Origin: Mytilus trossulus
Taxonomy: Eukaryota
Assembly (NCBI RefSeq): GCF_036588685.1
Contig: NC_086381.1
Location: 27,838,001 to 27,902,000, forward strand
DNA length: 64,000 nt
Reading direction: 5' to 3'
This document shows positions 55,178-64,000 of the stretch, one piece after another. Position 1 is the first letter of the stretch; each line of letters begins with the position of its first letter. The translations under genes were made by a program, and so were the position numbers. The notes under the pieces are model-generated. The model searched no databases, was not told where the DNA came from, and saw only the letters and a list, made by a program, of their open reading frames with translations.

Positions 55178-55543
<366 letters not shown>

Positions 55544-55602
55544 ACAGCCAGCTGAAAAATACAAATACAACGGCCCTTTTCAGGGCCACCAACATTTTTC
55601 AA

Positions 55603-55702
55603 NNNNNNNNNNNNNNNNNNNNNNNNNNNNNNNNNNNNNNNNNNNNNNNNNNNNNNNNNNNNNNNNNNNNNNNNNNNNNNNNNNNNNNNNNNNNNNNNNN
55701 NN
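55603..55702. other. Assembly gap (100 N); array orientation flips across it
   Basis: Run of 100 N; genes to the right are on the opposite strands. Confidence 1.
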
Positions 55703-55861
55703 TCGCTTCTTCCAGGTAGTTAGGTTGAATGTTAGAAGGTGCTCTCTCCGAAGTTCGCGTTAAGTAAAAACTTTCAATCCGTTTTGCCGAGTATAAATAG
55801 AAATTTTTATTTACGGCCATCATTCACTGATTACATTTCAGAGAGTATACATCTGTCAAAA

Positions 55862-56236
55862 ATGCCACCAAAAGTTGGAACCAAAGGAGCCAAAAAGGCC
55901 GTAACAAAGGCAAAGACTGCCAGACCCGGCGGTGACAAGAAAAGGAGGAGGAAGAGGAGAGAATCCTATGCCATCTACATCTACAAAGTCTTGAGACAGG
56001 TGCACCCAGACACTGGAGTATCCTCAAAGGCTATGTCTATCATGAACAGTTTTGTCAACGATATCTTTGAGAGAATCGCTGCAGAAGCTTCCCGTCTCGC
56101 TCACTACAACAAGAGATCTACCATCACATCTCGGGAGATCCAGACTGCAGTTCGTCTGCTCCTACCCGGTGAATTGGCCAAGCACGCTGTCAGTGAAGGT
56201 ACCAAAGCCGTCACAAAGTACACCAGCAGCAAGTAA
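55862..56236 (+). CDS. H2B: Histone H2B (inverted block)
   Basis: 124-aa H2B from ATG 55862. Confidence 0.99.
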   Translation: MPPKVGTKGAKKAVTKAKTARPGGDKKRRRKRRESYAIYIYKVLRQVHPDTGVSSKAMSIMNSFVNDIFERIAAEASRLAHYNKRSTITSREIQTAVRLLLPGELAKHAVSEGTKAVTKYTSSK

Positions 56237-56990
56237 ACAACGAGAAGTTTAACTTCACAAACGGCCCTTTTCAGGGCCACCAATATTTTTCAAAAAGAGT
56301 CTTATTATTGTTGTACATAACAAACTTCTAAATGAAGCTGTGTCCCACCCCAAAATGACAAATTTATTTATATCTGAATTCTGTCTTTTTGTCTTTCTTT
56401 CTTTCTTTCTTCTTTTCTCTTCTTTATTCTTCATTTTATTAGCCGATTTGAAAAAATATACATACACCAGAATTTAACCTTTTCACGGGTTATACATTTC
56501 TTCCCTCTTTTTTTGGGGGGGAGGGGGTCTAGAATCGAACTATACTTGAATATGTATTGAAACATTATATAAAAAAATATCACGAACAGATTAAATTCAC
56601 ACATACGTCGACAGAGAGAAAAAAGGGGGAGGGGGATTGTTTTAGGATATAAAAACAATATAACTAGAGTTTGACAATGGAGGAAAAATCAGCAATATAT
56701 CTTTTACATAAAAGAATACATATGAAATAAAGAATAAAAATGTTATTTACATTCAAAAATCAGGAATCATATTGTATCCAAAGCCTTGCTGGTCTTTTTT
56801 TAATAGGCTTAAATAAAAATAGTGAAAAGAAATTAAAAAAAATAAACGAATAAAAGAAAAAGGAAAGTAAAGAAAGTTGGACAGGAGAAAGCTATGGTTT
56901 TCTTTTTAAGTACAACAAATGCAGATTCTTTTTGAAAAATGTTGGTGGCCCTGAAAAGGGCCGTTGTATTTGTATTTTTCAGCTGGCTGT

Positions 56991-57356
<366 letters not shown>

Positions 57357-58982
57357 CTATATATCTGATGAACGCGGCCCTAAAAGAAATACCACTGAAT
57401 TTTTGATAGGTTGGACCTGATTGGTTGTTTTCGTCTAAATCGGGGAGGTAACTCTGTAGGAATTCTGTACACTTTCAATCCACTTCTCTGAAAATATGTG
57501 AAAATAAAATATTTCAAACTGTATACAAATAAAAATACAAAGATTATAAGAGATGGACCAAATAACTAATGATCTCCATCATCAATTAATACTTCTTATA
57601 TTTTCCAATGTGAAAGAGATTTATTTCCTTTTACTTAAAATACAAGAACATATCACACTGCATACATAAGCAGGAGTTAACAATGTGCAATTGCAATATA
57701 AAAACAATTAGTTTAAAGAAAATCTTTTTATACAGTATTTTTCTTGTTCAAAAGATACAGTTTCAGAGATAGTCCACTGCAGCTCTGCAGACTTAAGAGA
57801 GTAAAAGCAAAACTAATCTACAGCATACCAGTCAGTTATTTAAGCATGGACAGATAGACTTGTAAATAAAAACAGGTGTGCATGATAATTTTTCTCAAAA
57901 TCACCTTTACCAGTTTCAATAAAGATGTCCCGGGAAATTCACATTTCAAACATGTTATTATTACATGTATACAATCAATGCTCATCTTTTAACAACTAAT
58001 TAGGAATCTTTCTAAATTTAGCAGCTACTTTATACATGTAGTCATAGGTTTTTGAAATGTACACAGTGCAGCCTCACTTTTTAAATACCACAATTGGTAC
58101 ATCATTGAATGAATGAATTATTGCGCCTTGTCTATTTTTCTCCACCAATGGGAAAAAAAGATTCATCCGCACACATGTTCACATCATTTATAAGGCACAT
58201 AGAGCACCCAAAATAGATGCATTTTAAGCACAAAATAAAGGTATTCAAGAAAAAGTTCTTTCTGTAACACACAATTGATGGAGACAAAGTTTTCAATGAG
58301 AATTTAAGGTGGACTACTTGGACCCGTACCGAAAATATATTTCAGAAATATAAAATAATTGAATCTTCTCATGTTGTCACAGTAGAATACACAATATGAG
58401 TAAAAATTACATACAAAAAGCATCTAAAAAATAAGTGAGAAAATAAGACCGAGAAAAATGCAATTTAGAGAAAAATATAACCACAGAAATTAGAAAGAAA
58501 TACATTTTAATAATTCTGTAATTAGAAGATGGATTGTATTGTTCTTGGAGTATGTTTTTTCTTACCTTTTTTTTTTTATTTAAATGTATACATGTATGTT
58601 AATTTTTTCAGGAGGGTATACCAGAAAATGTATAACATTCTTGTTTTTTCCCGAAGGATTTGGAAGAATTAGATAAATAAAAAATATGTATGTCTCTCTC
58701 TCTATTTATCCTTTTATTTATTTTCTTTGCATGTTTTGAAATAAGTTTCTCTATATTTTTCTCCTATCAATACAGTAACCTGACTTGTCTAATCTTAAGT
58801 GCAAAAAAAAAAGATAATAAGAAAGAAGAATAAAGAGAGATGTGGAGAGAAAGAAAAATAAAGAAAGATGTGGAGAGGGGGTTTCAGCTATTTTTGATTT
58901 TGATGTACAACATATTCAGACTCTTTTTGGAAAATATTGGTGGCCCTTAAAAGGGCCGTTATTGTATAGAGTAAAGGTCAGT

Positions 58983-59468
<486 letters not shown>

Positions 59469-60813
59469 CTAGCCGCAATGTTTGCAAACACGACACTGAT
59501 TGGCCTTTCGGGGTAATAAAACTCACGTTGATTGGTTGAAATCTCTGTATTATGATTGGACTGATCTGGAAGTTACTTTCACAGCTTTCGATCCCTTTTT
59601 GGACTGAAGCTAAAGATTGTTCACCCCAAGCTAACAATTGGCACAATTTGTTTCTATTCTGATAGTGTCAGCGAAAATTTGACATAAGACCAAAAAAAAT
59701 AATAATCAAGAGTAATGCAGAACTTAATAATAATCTTTATTCAAATAATAAATAATTGTTTAATCAACAGTCTGACACGAAATTAATAATTGACAGGAAA
59801 TGTAAATTAAAGAGCAAAATAGAAGAAGAAAAAGAGAAAAAAAAACATCATCCATCCATTTTCATCAATAGCCAGTGGTATAGAAATGCAGCCGTTTTCT
59901 TAGTGTGTGTAGCCAGTTTCTCGTATAGACATGCTTACTATAGTACACAATTGTCACTCGTCTCAGTGTCTTAAAACAAAGAGAACACTTTTTATCCTCT
60001 CTATAGTCTTTGTGTTCTCTCTAGCTATACAGTGTCTGTATTCTCTAGTCTCTGTATCATGTAAAGCCATGATATTCTCTATATAGTATACTGCACGCAT
60101 ACTGGGAAACTTGCACATTGTTGAAGTATTCTTTATTGTTTATATACGAATTTTGCAAATACAAAGGATTTGAGCTAAAAAATAATCTACACAACTATAA
60201 ACATACGCATAAGTACTTTGTATAGGAATACAAAATATATATTATATATCTAAGAGAATGTGACAGCAGAAGAGGAAGAAAAGAATTCACATAGATCACA
60301 GTTAGACAGACAACGAACGAACGAACGAACGAACGAACGAACGAACGAACGAACGAACGAACGAACGAATATATATTATATAAAAATAAGGTCATAGATT
60401 GTAATGTGTGTGCTTATATAGTATAATATATAGGACTGCAACTAAATTTACACCAAAAATATATGCAATATTGACCACTAACAACTATGAGTTTTTCTTC
60501 CTCTCGTGCTTGCGCATTTTCATCGAATCTACGTTTATATATAGTTGTTTATTTTCTTGGACTTTTATAGGGGAAAAAAAGAAACTCGTACTGTTCTTCA
60601 TTTTTTTTCCACATCAAATATTGTTATATATATAATAAGAAAGTAGACATCTGTATGCTGTTTATAAAGAAAAGGAAAAATAAAGAGATAAAGACAAGAG
60701 AAATGGAGGGAGTGAGCTATGTTTGAGATTGCACAACAAAGTCAGATTCTTTTTGAAAAATGTTGGTGGCCCTGAAAAGGGCCGTTGTAAGTGAAGTTTC
60801 TGTAGTGTTGACT

Positions 60814-61197
<384 letters not shown>

Positions 61198-61474
61198 TTA
61201 ATACGTTGTTTGACTTGAACAAGTATAAACAATGATTACCCCGTTAGGTGGTATTTTACTATTTATACCCGCAAAACGGATTGAAAGATGTTTCAGTTCT
61301 AAACCAATCAAATCATCGCTTCTTCCAGGTAGTTAGGTTGAATGTTAGAAGGTGCTCTCTCCGAAGTTCGCGTTAAGTAAAAACTTTCAATCCGTTTTGC
61401 CGAGTATAAATAGAAATTTTTATTTACGGCCATCATTCACTGATTACATTTCAGAGAGTATACATCTGTCAAAA

Positions 61475-61849
61475 ATGCCACCAAAAGTTGGAACCAAAGG
61501 AGCCAAAAAGGCCGTAACAAAGGCAAAGACTGCCAGACCCGGCGGTGACAAGAAAAGGAGGAGGAAGAGGAGAGAATCCTATGCCATCTACATCTACAAA
61601 GTCTTGAGACAGGTGCACCCAGACACTGGAGTATCCTCAAAGGCTATGTCTATCATGAACAGTTTTGTCAACGATATCTTTGAGAGAATCGCTGCAGAAG
61701 CTTCCCGTCTCGCTCACTACAACAAGAGATCTACCATCACATCTCGGGAGATCCAGACTGCAGTTCGTCTGCTCCTACCCGGTGAATTGGCCAAGCACGC
61801 TGTCAGTGAAGGTACCAAAGCCGTCACAAAGTACACCAGCAGCAAGTAA
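61475..61849 (+). CDS. H2B: Histone H2B (inverted block)
   Basis: 124-aa H2B. Confidence 0.99.
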   Translation: MPPKVGTKGAKKAVTKAKTARPGGDKKRRRKRRESYAIYIYKVLRQVHPDTGVSSKAMSIMNSFVNDIFERIAAEASRLAHYNKRSTITSREIQTAVRLLLPGELAKHAVSEGTKAVTKYTSSK

Positions 61850-62603
61850 ACAACGAGAAGTTTAACTTCACAAACGGCCCTTTTCAGGGCCACCAATATT
61901 TTTCAAAAAGAGTCTTATTATTGTTGTACATAACAAACTTCTAAATGAAGCTGTGTCCCACCCCAAAATGACAAATTTATTTATATCTGAATTCTGTCTT
62001 TTTGTCTTTCTTTCTTTCTTTCTTCTTTTCTCTTCTTTATTCTTCATTTTATTAGCCGATTTGAAAAAATATACATACACCAGAATTTAACCTTTTCACG
62101 GGTTATACATTTCTTCCCTCTTTTTTTGGGGGGGAGGGGGTCTAGAATCGAACTATACTTGAATATGTATTGAAACATTATATAAAAAAATATCACGAAC
62201 AGATTAAATTCACACATACGTCGACAGAGAGAAAAAAGGGGGAGGGGGATTGTTTTAGGATATAAAAACAATATAACTAGAGTTTGACAATGGAGGAAAA
62301 ATCAGCAATATATCTTTTACATAAAAGAATACATATGAAATAAAGAATAAAAATGTTATTTACATTCAAAAATCAGGAATCATATTGTATCCAAAGCCTT
62401 GCTGGTCTTTTTTTAATAGGCTTAAATAAAAATAGTGAAAAGAAATTAAAAAAAATAAACGAATAAAAGAAAAAGGAAAGTAAAGAAAGTTGGACAGGAG
62501 AAAGCTATGGTTTTCTTTTTAAGTACAACAAATGCAGATTCTTTTTGAAAAATGTTGGTGGCCCTGAAAAGGGCCGTTGTATTTGTATTTTTCAGCTGGC
62601 TGT

Positions 62604-62969
<366 letters not shown>

Positions 62970-64000
62970 CTATATATCTGATGAACGCGGCCCTAAAAGA
63001 AATACCACTGAATTTTTGATAGGTTGGACCTGATTGGTTGTTTTCGTCTAAATCGGGGAGGTAACTCTGTAGGAATTCTGTACACTTTCAATCCACTTCT
63101 CTGAAAATATGTGAAAATAAAATATTTCAAACTGTATACAAATAAAAATACAAAGATTATAAGAGATGGACCAAATAACTAATGATCTCCATCATCAATT
63201 AATACTTCTTATATTTTCCAATGTGAAAGAGATTTATTTCCTTTTACTTAAAATACAAGAACATATCACACTGCATACATAAGCAGGAGTTAACAATGTG
63301 CAATTGCAATATAAAAACAATTAGTTTAAAGAAAATCTTTTTATACAGTATTTTTCTTGTTCAAAAGATACAGTTTCAGAGATAGTCCACTGCAGCTCTG
63401 CAGACTTAAGAGAGTAAAAGCAAAACTAATCTACAGCATACCAGTCAGTTATTTAAGCATGGACAGATAGACTTGTAAATAAAAACAGGTGTGCATGATA
63501 ATTTTTCTCAAAATCACCTTTACCAGTTTCAATAAAGATGTCCCGGGAAATTCACATTTCAAACATGTTATTATTACATGTATACAATCAATGCTCATCT
63601 TTTAACAACTAATTAGGAATCTTTCTAAATTTAGCAGCTACTTTATACATGTAGTCATAGGTTTTTGAAATGTACACAGTGCAGCCTCACTTTTTAAATA
63701 CCACAATTGGTACATCATTGAATGAATGAATTATTGCGCCTTGTCTATTTTTCTCCACCAATGGGAAAAAAAGATTCATCCGCACACATGTTCACATCAT
63801 TTATAAGGCACATAGAGCACCCAAAATAGATGCATTTTAAGCACAAAATAAAGGTATTCAAGAAAAAGTTCTTTCTGTAACACACAATTGATGGAGACAA
63901 AGTTTTCAATGAGAATTTAAGGTGGACTACTTGGACCCGTACCGAAAATATATTTCAGAAATATAAAATAATTGAATCTTCTCATGTTGTCACAGTAGAA

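Noticed and set aside
55599-55823. ORF running into X residues
   Set aside because: Artefact of translating through the N gap.

Overview
Eukaryotic (animal) DNA consisting entirely of a tandem array of replication-dependent core histone genes. Each ~5.6-kb unit reads H3(+) H4(+) H2B(-) H2A(+), is intronless, and has 3' stem-loops. I see no H1 or 5S rRNA gene in the unit. The H2B N-terminus ([35 protein letters not shown]) and the H1-less 5.6-kb quartet suggest a mytilid mussel (Mytilus-like); this is from recall and was not searched. The window holds 11 H3, 12 H4 (one with a 1-bp frameshift that is probably an assembly error), 11 H2B and 11 H2A. Three 100-N gaps (7499-7598, 31859-31958, 55603-55702) split it into four contigs. 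Contig 1 carries a distinct unit variant (type A, 5596 bp). Contigs 2-4 carry type B (5613 bp, +/-4 bp from microsatellite slippage), and contig 4 is in the opposite orientation. All non-histone ORFs in the track are shadow or spacer ORFs. I found no novel protein-coding system. The less obvious content is cis-regulatory: (i) an extended 3' module shared by all four genes beyond the stem-loop/HDE; (ii) a CTTTCAATCC-type promoter element shared by all four genes; (iii) two G5AG5 (MAZ-type) motifs between the convergent H4 and H2B; (iv) type-B deletions that hit two of these conserved blocks.
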